Positions 29,481 through 38,155 are shown, numbered from the stretch's first letter. The stretch is DNA of 64,000 nucleotides from a virus (IMGVR_UViG_3300044631_000812:1114-65113), one strand, 5' to 3'. Numbers and translations: made by a program. The notes: generated by a model from the sequence alone, not told the origin.

Positions 29481-29757
29481 ATTCTTTTTTAAATTCGTTA
29501 ATCACCGACAAATAAGCAAGGTTTCCCTTGATCTCCATACCATTGTACTCATAGGTCTCAGACATCATCTTCTCATGTGTCTTGATTCCATGAATAACCA
29601 ATGAATGTCTCCTATTGAACAACCTACCGATCTCTTGAAGCGTCATGTTTTCTCTAAGTATACTGAACAAATAGTTGCGCTTGTATACCAAGTCAATGCG
29701 CTGACTAGGGCCATCTAGGCCGTCTCTTTCAATCCATTCTTTTATTTTATCTAGCAT
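29335..29757 (-). CDS. DnaA domain IV-like HTH protein
   Basis: MTLQEIGRLFNRRHSLVIHG; the 3' part overlaps the primase start. Confidence 0.6.
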   Translation of the reverse strand: MLDKIKEWIERDGLDGPSQRIDLVYKRNYLFSILRENMTLQEIGRLFNRRHSLVIHGIKTHEKMMSETYEYNGMEIKGNLAYLSVINEFKKEYDNLLSNGDEHQQTVLRVNRDSATEDQRGQIAADSGAGESPYSKGCAQ

Positions 29758-29821
29758 ACTTAAAATATTAAATAACCTATTGCTATTCCTGATAGTAATA
29801 ATAGGATTCGTTCGTAGTTTT

Positions 29822-29929
29822 TCATTTTGTAATAAAATGAATGATTAGTGATATTGATATTACGCCTACCAGTATCATTGTGCCAATAGCAGCCATCTCT
29901 TCTCTTCGGTCGTCTTTGTTTAGTTTCAT
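29822..29929 (-). CDS. Small membrane peptide (MKLNKDDRREEMAAIGTMILVGVISISLIIHFITK)
   Basis: Starts in the repeat-borne ATG and has ATGA overlaps at both ends. Confidence 0.45.
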   Translation of the reverse strand: MKLNKDDRREEMAAIGTMILVGVISISLIIHFITK

Positions 29930-30153
29930 TGTTCTTGTTGTTTAAATTTCTCATTATAATACTCAATACCACTCTCAAAATCTTCTCCCGTCTTTTTGGA
30001 GTAGAAGTAGTTGTGTTCTCCATCTTCAAATGCTTGAGCAAGATGTTTCATTTCAATATCTTTGGCCTCTTTAACGGCCTTTAGTAAGTCATTACCAATA
30101 AAGTATTGGTTCTTACCCATCCAATCTATTAAAAATTCTACTGCTGTTTTCAT
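29926..30153 (-). CDS. Small protein, MKTAVE family paralogue
   Basis: Shares its N-terminus and AK(D/E).E motif with the neighbouring gene. Confidence 0.65.
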   Translation of the reverse strand: MKTAVEFLIDWMGKNQYFIGNDLLKAVKEAKDIEMKHLAQAFEDGEHNYFYSKKTGEDFESGIEYYNEKFKQQEQ

Positions 30154-30165
30154 TGTTCTTGTTGT

Positions 30166-30369
30166 TTAAAGGTTATCAATATTAATGAACTCATTGAATG
30201 GGATTATAGGATTTTCGCTTCGGTCATTTAATACTGCAAATTCAGCATATAATTCTGCTTGCTCCTTCTCCATTTCTTTGGCTTGTTGTATATGAAATCT
30301 AAAATCGGGAGTACAATTTTCTATTCCCCCGAAGTGTTCATCAATCAACCATTCTACTGCTGTTTTCAT
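30166..30369 (-). CDS. Small protein, MKTAVE family paralogue
   Basis: MKTAVEWL...QAKEMEKEQ. Confidence 0.65.
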   Translation of the reverse strand: MKTAVEWLIDEHFGGIENCTPDFRFHIQQAKEMEKEQAELYAEFAVLNDRSENPIIPFNEFINIDNL

Positions 30370-30381
30370 TGTTCTTGTTGT

Positions 30382-30717
30382 TTAAAGGTTAGCCATTAGT
30401 CTTGCTGATCCGAAAATATTCATCTTCTCGTTGTGCGTAAGCTCGTCCCACTTTGTTTTGTAAAGCTGCTGCTCAAGCCATTCGAACGCATCGGCATACA
30501 TCTTCTTCTTCACAATCATCTTTTCAAGATATAGGCTAAGATCAAGAGCTTCCTCCTGAGCATGCGTGAGCCAGTCAACGTCAGACAAGTCCTTTCGGTC
30601 CATCGTGACGCCATACTTCTCAATCCCTAGCTTAGACCTCTGCTTATACTTATTGATTACTGACTCAACAATAGAGTCACTTAGCGACCGGTCGGCCGTT
30701 GATGTGGATGTGTACAT
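30382..30717 (-). CDS. All-alpha NTP pyrophosphatase-like (MazG superfamily) protein
   Basis: RS..GIEKYG....WL.HAQEEALD..LY (EExxD). Confidence 0.5.
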   Translation of the reverse strand: MYTSTSTADRSLSDSIVESVINKYKQRSKLGIEKYGVTMDRKDLSDVDWLTHAQEEALDLSLYLEKMIVKKKMYADAFEWLEQQLYKTKWDELTHNEKMNIFGSARLMANL

Positions 30718-30799
30718 AATTAAATTAGATTAAAATGGGTGCACTAGGATACACCCATTAAACCAAAACAACAAACCTGTCCTAGCAGGTGCTATGAAC

Positions 30800-31147
30800 T
30801 TAAAATGGGAGATCCGAGTCGTCAGTGTGACCTGATCCTGGAGTGCTAGGCGCTGGAACGAATGCCGGTTTCTCAGCAGCAACAGCAAAGCCCTCAATGG
30901 TTGAGAAGAACTTCACCTGACCCTGTGGACTAGTCCACTCACGACCCTTCAAACTGAACGATACCTCGACCTCTTGGCCCTCAGCAATGCTCTCCAATAA
31001 GTCACACTTGTCGTTAACAAATGTGAATGGAATGTACTGTGGGTACTGGTCAGCACCATCGGTTAATACTAGCTCACGCTTACGAAATTTGTCGGAGATG
31101 GTCTCCACATTGCCCACCTTGTAGGCAATCCCTTTGAATTTAAACAT
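30800..31147 (-). CDS. DUF3127 single-stranded DNA-binding protein
   Basis: FRKRELVL, QYPQYI.F, V.VSF.LKGREW and an acidic DDSDLPF tail. Confidence 0.85.
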   Translation of the reverse strand: MFKFKGIAYKVGNVETISDKFRKRELVLTDGADQYPQYIPFTFVNDKCDLLESIAEGQEVEVSFSLKGREWTSPQGQVKFFSTIEGFAVAAEKPAFVPAPSTPGSGHTDDSDLPF

Positions 31148-31156
31148 ATATATTAA

Positions 31157-31417
31157 TTAAAAGATTACTAAAATAATTGTGACAATACATATTATTGCCA
31201 CTGCAATACCTAAGACATAGTTTTCAGCATTGTCTTCTACCGCCTCTAAAAAATAGACATGGTCCTGGATTACCTCAACCTCATCTGCATAGAAGTATAA
31301 CTCATCAGTACCTACATTAACTAGGTAACCGTAGTTATGTCGCTTGGCCTCATAGATCTTACCGACCTCATCATGACGTAAGCCATAGCCTCCATCTGTT
31401 AACAACCGGACTCTCAT
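31157..31417 (-). CDS. Hypothetical protein with C-terminal TM helix
   Basis: 86 aa with hydrophobic C-terminus. Confidence 0.55.
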   Translation of the reverse strand: MRVRLLTDGGYGLRHDEVGKIYEAKRHNYGYLVNVGTDELYFYADEVEVIQDHVYFLEAVEDNAENYVLGIAVAIICIVTIILVIF

Positions 31418-32199
31418 AGGTTCTTGGTTTTTAATACGCCAATATATTTCTCAGCATAATCATTAGCTACCTTCAACCAACGCTCGATCGTTGAGATGTC
31501 GTCGTCTGTGAGAGTCACTCTCACAATCGTCGCACGCATGTTGTCGTCAATGTCATCCATGTAGTGCAAGCTTGGCTCGTCCCATTCACCTAACAACTCC
31601 TCAGGTGTGTTGCATAGCATGTATGCCACCTCGCCATCACGCCAATCAAGGCCGGTCGTCTGACGTAGCATCCATAAGTATGCCTTCACCTGCCAGTCAT
31701 ACCCTGACTCTTTGACCTTCTTAGCAGCCTTCTCCTCAGTCTTTGGGAACGTCTTCTTGGTGTATGATGACTTTATGTCAAGCACCTTTAGCCTGTCAGC
31801 ATCAACAATGTCAGGGTGGCCATGCATGAGCGGTGTATCTAAGTATGCATATTTGTCACCGTCAACAGTCTTGCTGTATGACGTGAAGAAGATGCGGTTA
31901 TACAGCTCAATTGCCTCGTCCTCAACAGCTGTACCCTTGTCAGTCTCCTTGCTCCAGAAATGATCTTTGTACTGGTATACCTTCTCGTCAATGATCTCCT
32001 CGATCAATGTCTTGGCACCTTGACTTAGCTCAGGCTGTTGGTCACGTTTTGTAACCAACTCGTCTCGCTTGGCTGCCTGTAATTCAGTCAATTTAATCTT
32101 GGATAGTAGACCATCAAGAGTTGCTTGTTGATTAGGCGTAAGCCCTGGTGTGCCGCTGTTGAATAGCGGTGCGCACTTACTTGCCCGTAACTTCAGCAT
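31414..32199 (-). CDS. YqaJ/lambda-exonuclease-like PD-(D/E)XK nuclease
   Basis: RAS, G..VEDEA, GHPD, LDIK, Y.WQ..AY. Confidence 0.75.
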   Translation of the reverse strand: MLKLRASKCAPLFNSGTPGLTPNQQATLDGLLSKIKLTELQAAKRDELVTKRDQQPELSQGAKTLIEEIIDEKVYQYKDHFWSKETDKGTAVEDEAIELYNRIFFTSYSKTVDGDKYAYLDTPLMHGHPDIVDADRLKVLDIKSSYTKKTFPKTEEKAAKKVKESGYDWQVKAYLWMLRQTTGLDWRDGEVAYMLCNTPEELLGEWDEPSLHYMDDIDDNMRATIVRVTLTDDDISTIERWLKVANDYAEKYIGVLKTKNL

Positions 32200-32656
32200 G
32201 TTGCTCTGGTGTTAGATTGAAATCACTAATTAACTTCTCAGCCGTGGTTTTGCCATCAGCAATGGCCTGCAATGCCTTAGCAAATCGCTCAGGTGTGATG
32301 CTTGGCTTCTCCTTCTTAGGTAACGGACGTGTGCTGAAACGCAGCGCATCAGTCATTCCTTGTGGACTCTTGACCTTCTCAACACCAAGGACAATCTCTT
32401 TGCCAACGTAGTCGTTAAAGTCAAACGATTGGAAGAACGTCTCGAGTCTCTTGAAGTTCGTCCGGTTGGCCACCATGCTCTTCTGAAATTCTTTGAGCTT
32501 GATGAACACCTTGTCTTCTTTACCCATCTCTCCGACCATTACGTCCTGAAAGACCTTCTCGATTGTTACTACTCTCGGCTCATACTTGCCGTTGACCTCT
32601 AAGTCCCAACTCCCTAGGTACTTATTGTCCTTCATTAAATTTCTCCAGTGTGACAT
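32177..32656 (-). CDS. Putative ssDNA-binding/recombination protein
   Basis: HWR..YLGSW..N.TN.K pattern; coupled to the exonuclease. Confidence 0.45.
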   Translation of the reverse strand: MSHWRNLMKDNKYLGSWDLEVNGKYEPRVVTIEKVFQDVMVGEMGKEDKVFIKLKEFQKSMVANRTNFKRLETFFQSFDFNDYVGKEIVLGVEKVKSPQGMTDALRFSTRPLPKKEKPSITPERFAKALQAIADGKTTAEKLISDFNLTPEQHAEVTGK

Positions 32657-32711
32657 GTAAATTAAATTTTAACAAAATTAATATATTTCTTTCTTTCTTG
32701 CAAATAAATTG

Positions 32712-33176
32712 TCAACTTTTTTTATACTCAAGGATGGCATATTCCTCCTCAAATTCAGTTGTTACGTCAATTATATACCTGAACCAAATCACATATCCGG
32801 TCTTTGTTCTGGCTATGTAGACGATGTATACTCGGTCAGCATCGCCTGACCGGTGGAAGTAATTGAACAGTGGTGTGTCGATGTCCTTGCGGTTGACATT
32901 TAAGCTATGCATCTTAGCACCGTTGTACTCAAGGGTGTTGAGAGCAATTGACAGAGCTGTCTGCATGTCGTGGGCAGTGGTGTAGAAGTTGCCGTCACTC
33001 AAGACCTCATAGTCTGGTCGGTCTGGCTTCCATTGGGCGCTGACCGACATGGACAACAGCATGAACATAATAAATGCAACGATAGGGATCCCAAAGGAAG
33101 CCCTTACGTACTCGTTCTTGATGCGCGTAACGATGGCCATCCCGACCATCGACGCAATTAAAATTTTAGCATACAT
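32712..33176 (-). CDS. Hypothetical membrane/exported protein
   Basis: Hydrophobic N-terminus ending SVSAQ (signal peptide-like). Confidence 0.5.
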   Translation of the reverse strand: MYAKILIASMVGMAIVTRIKNEYVRASFGIPIVAFIMFMLLSMSVSAQWKPDRPDYEVLSDGNFYTTAHDMQTALSIALNTLEYNGAKMHSLNVNRKDIDTPLFNYFHRSGDADRVYIVYIARTKTGYVIWFRYIIDVTTEFEEEYAILEYKKS

Positions 33177-33276
33177 AGTGTTAAATACATTAAGGTGAAA
33201 AATGATGCGATGCTTAGCAATCTAATTGCTAAGTACTTTGACTGACTGAATAAATACATCAGACCAAATGTTAGGG

Positions 33277-33465
33277 CTAGTTTAAGCATGGCTTCTCGAT
33301 TTTGATCTGTACAACAGCCTTGGTGATGTCGGTGACGATCTGATCACTGACAATTAGACCAAGTGATAGGGCTGTCATTGGATTGGTAGCGAATAGCTTT
33401 AGTGACTTGCCGTTGTCATAGGTCACGATGTACCGCTTTAAGGTTGGCGACATAGATGATTTCAT
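33277..33465 (-). CDS. Hypothetical protein
   Basis: 62-aa ORF. Confidence 0.4.
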   Translation of the reverse strand: MKSSMSPTLKRYIVTYDNGKSLKLFATNPMTALSLGLIVSDQIVTDITKAVVQIKIEKPCLN

Positions 33466-33566
33466 GTTCAGGGATTTTAGATTTATTAATTGCCTCTTTA
33501 ACGTTATATGCCTCGATGGTTACACCTGAGCAGAGGATTGGACTCAGGTGATAGCATATGTGGAAT

Positions 33567-33899
33567 TTACTTTTCATAGGTGATAAGACCCCAAAATAGT
33601 TTAACAATAGTCTTCCTTGGCGGCTCTGCCTTTGGCTGGCGCTTGGATACCTTCTTCAACTGAATGGTCATCAACTCAGTCTTGATTCGATTGAGGTGTC
33701 GCCTGGTTGGGGATCCGCTATTCCAAGTGTATTGCCTCTTGCCATCAATCTTCTTAACATAGCCTAGTTTCTTTACCACTATTAAAAAGTATTGGCTGAT
33801 TCGGTGCTTTTCTCTGATCTCAGCTAAGGTATAGCTGTCTCTTACATACATGTCCTCTAAGACCGTCATGTACTTGGTCTGCATTCTTTTGTTCATCAT
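33567..33899 (-). CDS. Hypothetical basic protein, possibly winged HTH
   Basis: 110-aa ORF. Confidence 0.5.
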   Translation of the reverse strand: MMNKRMQTKYMTVLEDMYVRDSYTLAEIREKHRISQYFLIVVKKLGYVKKIDGKRQYTWNSGSPTRRHLNRIKTELMTIQLKKVSKRQPKAEPPRKTIVKLFWGLITYEK

Positions 33900-34001
33900 A
33901 ACTTTATACTTATTCCGTGTAATAAAAAATGGATGAGTATCTCCCTGTCATCCAAACTCAGGGATATTGATAGGCCGATAGTCCTACCGGCCGGCCAACT
34001 T

Positions 34002-34232
34002 TCAGTGAAACGTATTGTCATAGCTTTCATAGTAATATGCCTCTAAGATGAAGTCCTCGAAGTCGCGTAGTTGTTGGCGGCTTAGCTTGGACTTCATGTC
34101 GTTGGCGGTTGATAAATTGTTCTGCTCGATGTGTTGAGCGATTGCTTCATAGTAGTCAGCCATGGACTCATGGCCGACGTACTCTAGGTCGTGCTTAGTT
34201 ATCATGTTGGTCGTAAAATTTAGGTGGTACAA
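34002..34232 (-). CDS. Hypothetical protein
   Basis: 76-aa ORF; real start probably MITKH. Confidence 0.5.
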   Translation of the reverse strand: MYHLNFTTNMITKHDLEYVGHESMADYYEAIAQHIEQNNLSTANDMKSKLSRQQLRDFEDFILEAYYYESYDNTFH

Positions 34233-34758
34233 TAATATAATGGTTGACGCAGAAAACGTTACTCGTTTCTAAAGTGACAACCTTGCATGGTATCTTTTTG
34301 GCCTTGAGCTCAGCAACTTTGGCCTTGATGTTGCGCTCAGCATTCGGGTATGGGCTGTCGTCCCATCCACCGGTGTCAGGCTCGCAGTGAACTGAATACT
34401 TTGGTTTGGCATAGCCCCTCCAACCATCTAAGCGGACGTACTCTTGGGTCTCGTCGAAGCACATGCCGACATGCGGGGCATCCGGCTGTGGGTTTTCGTT
34501 GACTCTTGTCATTTCGCCGTCCCATTGGTTGCCGTTTAGGATTGGTTTTTTCTTGTGCATGTATACACTTACGTTCGGAAGTGTATTCAACCATTTGTTG
34601 GTTGTCCTAGTCGGCCATCCGGCATTGGTGACATAGAGGCCGTCTGGTTTGTGTTCGGCGATGAGGTTTCCGAATAGGTAAAGCGAGCGGCCGTCCGTTT
34701 GGCCGTTACCTTGTTTTTTCTTTTTGCCTTCAAGGAAGGATTGGATTACTGCGTTCAT
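34195..34758 (-). CDS. Hypothetical early protein
   Basis: LYLFGNLIA..AGWPTRTT..LN pattern typical of phage early genes. Confidence 0.6.
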   Translation of the reverse strand: MNAVIQSFLEGKKKKQGNGQTDGRSLYLFGNLIAEHKPDGLYVTNAGWPTRTTNKWLNTLPNVSVYMHKKKPILNGNQWDGEMTRVNENPQPDAPHVGMCFDETQEYVRLDGWRGYAKPKYSVHCEPDTGGWDDSPYPNAERNIKAKVAELKAKKIPCKVVTLETSNVFCVNHYIIVPPKFYDQHDN

Positions 34759-34763
34759 GATGT

Positions 34764-35192
34764 TTAGATTTGTCCTAGGTCAGCTAATGATGTGTAAGCT
34801 GAAGTTGGGGTTAATATAATGCTGTCTAATAAATTGATGTCTAGCAATTTAAGACCTTTCTTTAGTTTTTTACTGAGGGCAATGTCCTCAGGGGATGGGT
34901 CAGGGTTTCCAGAAGGATGATTGTGACAAAAGATTACACCGCTCGATAGGCTGTCAACAGCATACTTCGCGACTATCTTTGAGTCAACATATGTTCCTGC
35001 AACACCGCCTTGGCTTATCTTGGCATAGCCGATTGTTTTGTTTTGCCGATTGAGTAATAAAATGAACGCGCTCTCGAATACCTCGATGTCATCTCCGTAA
35101 AATTGACGGATGAATTGTTGTGCTTCATTTGATGTTGTTATCTTCTCGGTTGGGAAGTCTGACTGGATTTTCTTTAGCTCGAATAATTTCAT
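34764..35192 (-). CDS. RadC-like JAB domain protein
   Basis: E....LLLN, GG, HNHPSG.PDPS.ED and LLDSII; probable start ATG 35192. Confidence 0.85.
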   Translation of the reverse strand: MKLFELKKIQSDFPTEKITTSNEAQQFIRQFYGDDIEVFESAFILLLNRQNKTIGYAKISQGGVAGTYVDSKIVAKYAVDSLSSGVIFCHNHPSGNPDPSPEDIALSKKLKKGLKLLDINLLDSIILTPTSAYTSLADLGQI

Positions 35193-35478
35193 GTGGATAG
35201 ATATTAGAATAGTGAAACAATGTGATGAGTTGGTATTCATCCTTTGCCGTCTTGAGCGGTGTGCGGAATTTAAGGTACCAATAGGTGCCGAAGTTGTCCC
35301 ATGTCATTTCGTCGGTGAACTGGGATTCGAGATACATGCGGAATTTCTCTCGAGGCATGCAGACTAGTTGTCGGACAGTCGAGTTTTCGTTCCATCGTTT
35401 TGCTCTGATTGATTGGTTGAGCAGTTGTCTGTACTTTGTCTTTGTCATATTTAAAGGGGTTATTTTATATACAAACAC
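35125..35478 (-). CDS. Degenerate HNH/endonuclease VII-like protein
   Basis: LESQF..EMTWDNFG..W..PL..AK....LFHYSN scaffold, but WYLKF replaces the catalytic WHIDH. Confidence 0.55.
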   Translation of the reverse strand: MFVYKITPLNMTKTKYRQLLNQSIRAKRWNENSTVRQLVCMPREKFRMYLESQFTDEMTWDNFGTYWYLKFRTPLKTAKDEYQLITLFHYSNIYPHEIIRAKENPVRLPNREDNNIK

Positions 35479-35511
35479 TTTTTGTGTTTTTTGTAAAATT
35501 ACCCGAAAAGC

Positions 35512-35852
35512 ATGACGAAATGAAGTTTTTTATGACGACTTTATTAACAATATGACGAAATTTCTGTTGATTATGACGAAATTATTTTCTGTATCCTTTA
35601 ATGGGCTTTGTTTTATGACGAAATGACGACTTTTAGTCTCTTATATAAAAAATAAAAAAAAGAGTATATATATTATATATATAATAATATGATAAAATAC
35701 ATATAAGTATTTTTCCCCTATAGGGGTAAAAAGTCGTCATATTGTCATTCATGCTTGATAGTCAAGCATTTAGCTTTTTTTTTCGTCATATTAGGACGTT
35801 TTTTCGTCATATTTGGGGTGTTTTTCGTCATATTGGAAGACGATTTCGTCAT
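35512..35852. repeat. Iteron-like array flanking an AT-rich core: putative replication origin
   Basis: ATGACGA(A/C) at 35512, 35532, 35552, 35573, 35615, 35623; inverted copies at 35733, 35782, 35803, 35824, 35845; AT-rich 35641-35712. Confidence 0.75.
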
Positions 35853-36014
35853 ATTGGCTGGCTGTAAGCCTGCTAAGATTGAAAGTTGGTCAATTGTGTA
35901 CATATTCTTTAAAGTAATATGCTACGAGCTCTCGTAGCGTTAAACGATTAGTGTATTGACTGCATTGCGTGGCGTAGAAGCCATTGATGATTGTGACATC
36001 GGCAATCCAATCTT

Positions 36015-36284
36015 TCATTCGGCACAAAGTTCCCATGGCTGTAAATTTTTAAAGTTGATCGAGTATTCAGACTTTAAGGTCTGAACAATAAACCTAGCGA
36101 GCGCTTTGTTGGTCTTTTCTTTTGATAGGTCGTTGTCTCCGATTGCTTGGACGACCTCTCGTGGTAGCATATTGAGAACGCGATTGCAAAACTTTACGTC
36201 TTGGCCTAGGTAGTATGACTTGTTTCGATAGACTAGCGTCCAATAGTGCGCAAATCCGTATTGGTTGGTTATTTCAATTCTCAT
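36015..36284 (-). CDS. Hypothetical early protein
   Basis: 89 aa (YYLGQDVKFCNRVL). Confidence 0.6.
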   Translation of the reverse strand: MRIEITNQYGFAHYWTLVYRNKSYYLGQDVKFCNRVLNMLPREVVQAIGDNDLSKEKTNKALARFIVQTLKSEYSINFKNLQPWELCAE

Positions 36285-36688
36285 GACTTAATTATAAATA
36301 CTTGGTTAGACATTGGGCACTGAACTGCAATTGTGGTTTCAGTTACATTGCCGATTACTTTGTATTCTCCCGTTAGGACGAACTGACGACCGCTCACAAT
36401 GAGGGTTTCTCGGTTGGATAGCTTTATCATAGCTGTATAATAAAAATTGCGTTAGTACTTATGCATCGAATGAGATACATGTTTGCTGTCAGGTGGCCAA
36501 CTAGTTCGTGGCCTTGTGGTATGTTCATGATTTCTATTTTTTAAATTCTTCGACTCCGGCCGCTTCTAATAATTCTACGTCATCTTTTTCGATGAACTCA
36601 GCCAAGCTTTGTAGTTCAATTAATTCACCCAGGCTTATTGTCTCTGCTCTAAGCTCTTGTCTTAAATATTCTAATCTCTCTTTCATAG

Positions 36689-36904
36689 TTAAATTGTTTG
36701 GATGTATACTTTTTCTAGGCCGTCGTCTAAGTGCACGTAGAACTCATCAGTTGAGTCGGTGTACGTCTCTACTATTGTTCTGTGCGTTTGGATGGCTTCT
36801 TTGATTTCAGTGAATAGGTCAAACGCCTCTCCGAATGACTGGAAATAAAAATGCTCGTTGTAGTCTAAACAATCGAACACGTGGTGGACTGCAAATTTTA
36901 TCAT
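36689..36904 (-). CDS. Hypothetical early protein
   Basis: 71-aa acidic ORF. Confidence 0.5.
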   Translation of the reverse strand: MIKFAVHHVFDCLDYNEHFYFQSFGEAFDLFTEIKEAIQTHRTIVETYTDSTDEFYVHLDDGLEKVYIQTI

Positions 36905-36909
36905 GGTTT

Positions 36910-37140
36910 CTAGTTGTTATTCCAAACCTCATCCATCGAGTAACCATACTCGATGAACATGAAGTTTAGGTAGTTATTAAAATGATTTTTGTCAACAAAC
37001 GTTTTGTCAACATAGATGACTTGACACCATCTGTTTAGGAATTTGATTTTGACTTTCATATCGACATGCCTCCTACTTGGTTTGTTACTACTTTGTACAA
37101 GGCGAATGCGATTGCAATGCCTACTGAACTTGCCATACAT
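36910..37140 (-). CDS. Hypothetical early protein
   Basis: Likely starts at MKVKIKF; KTF..NHFNNY. Confidence 0.45.
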   Translation of the reverse strand: MYGKFSRHCNRIRLVQSSNKPSRRHVDMKVKIKFLNRWCQVIYVDKTFVDKNHFNNYLNFMFIEYGYSMDEVWNNN

Positions 37141-37174
37141 ATTTGGATGGCCTTTGCGATGATTAATAAAGCTT

Positions 37175-37375
37175 TCATATTGTTTGAGGGTTTAATTTCC
37201 AATAGTCATCTGAATTCAACGTTGTCTCTTCGTAAACAATCACCCAACCATTGTTGGTGTACTCGGTTCGGTGTAATTTGTAGCGGATGTCTTGGCGTCC
37301 GTTGTCGCCTTTCAATTGGTCAACTACCACCAACGTCCCGTTGATGATAGCTTTGAATGTTTGTAGTGTTGTCAT
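37175..37375 (-). CDS. Hypothetical early protein
   Basis: 66-aa ORF with A/C-rich upstream region. Confidence 0.55.
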   Translation of the reverse strand: MTTLQTFKAIINGTLVVVDQLKGDNGRQDIRYKLHRTEYTNNGWVIVYEETTLNSDDYWKLNPQTI

Positions 37376-37514
37376 TGTTTTGGGTGTGTTAATTGGTTAG
37401 CAAATAAGCCGAAGTTGGCCATTGTTTGTTTTGAAATATTGGTTCTACCTTTCATTATTTCGTAAGAAACCATTGCATCTATCAATGATTGCTTCATGTT
37501 GATTCTCTCGTTCA

Positions 37515-37625
37515 TTATCTGTATCTAAAAGGGATTAATAATTTGCGTGTCTTGATTAGCACGCCTTCTTGGAAGAAACCGATGATTTCGTAACGGCCTT
37601 CGATTCTGATTACTCTAGTTTCCAT
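37515..37625 (-). CDS. First small early ORF (METRVIRIEGRYEIIGFFQEGVLIKTRKLLIPFRYR)
   Basis: Read by eye; A-rich leader and TAATG coupling to the next small ORF at 37515. Confidence 0.45.
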   Translation of the reverse strand: METRVIRIEGRYEIIGFFQEGVLIKTRKLLIPFRYR

Positions 37626-37649
37626 GTTGTTTTTGTGTTATTGGTTTGT

Positions 37650-38155
37650 GGTGCAGTGAGTATCGCTCTCATTAATTAGTCATTCTAACTGCACCTAGTG
37701 TTTGCATGCCACGTTAAACTGCATGCCCTCTTTTAATCTATCAGGTACCGCCTTTTGGCCTGATAGGTTGACGTTGACCACCTGAGTAGTGTATCAATCG
37801 CCCCGACGTAGCGGAGTCTTTATACTTACCGCATCGGCCTAGTGTGACTCACCTAGTTAGTTTATAGTCTTACCAATATGTCAATTTAGCAGACCTACTT
37901 TAAACCGACTTACCGCGGCCGTGTCCTCGAAAGGGGCTTAGTAAGGCTTTATCGTTTCGGTCACCTTTAGCAACATGGCTCGTCGCTTGTACGTCTAAAG
38001 GCTTGCTATTATTATAAAGACACTAGCTTGGAATTTATTACCACCGCCTCACCCTACTTATTACTTTCACCTTGTCACATTGCAGAGGACTAAGCATTGG
38101 TCAGTGGTCACCGATATATAGTGTCTTATTTCAATTGTTATTAGCTCGTTTGCTT
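37650..38155 (-). ncRNA. Putative ~500-nt structured non-coding RNA/leader
   Basis: No ORF of 60 aa or more; many stems (37650-57/37688-95, 37738-45/37759-66, 37964-70/37995-38001, 38017-25/38119-27); lies directly downstream of promoter 38167-38160. Confidence 0.45.

Larger units (their letters stand above)
29924..30391. repeat. Direct repeats at gene junctions (41 bp x2; 23-bp core x3)
   Basis: ATTCTACTGCTGTTTTCATTGTTCTTGTTGTTTAAAGGTTA at 30135-30175 and 30351-30391; core TTTCATTGTTCTTGTTGTTTAAA also at 29924-29946. Confidence 0.9.

Noticed and set aside
29924-30391. CRISPR-like repeat-spacer array
   Set aside because: Spacers are about 175-200 bp protein-coding genes, and no cas genes are present.
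35512-35852. CRISPR array, or the 60-aa ORF 35755..35937
   Set aside because: Repeats are 7-11 bp with 21-bp period and inverted halves; the ORF is just the translated repeat (FFVI).
37646-37695. Genuine tRNA gene
   Set aside because: Too short; no D or anticodon arm and no GTTC.
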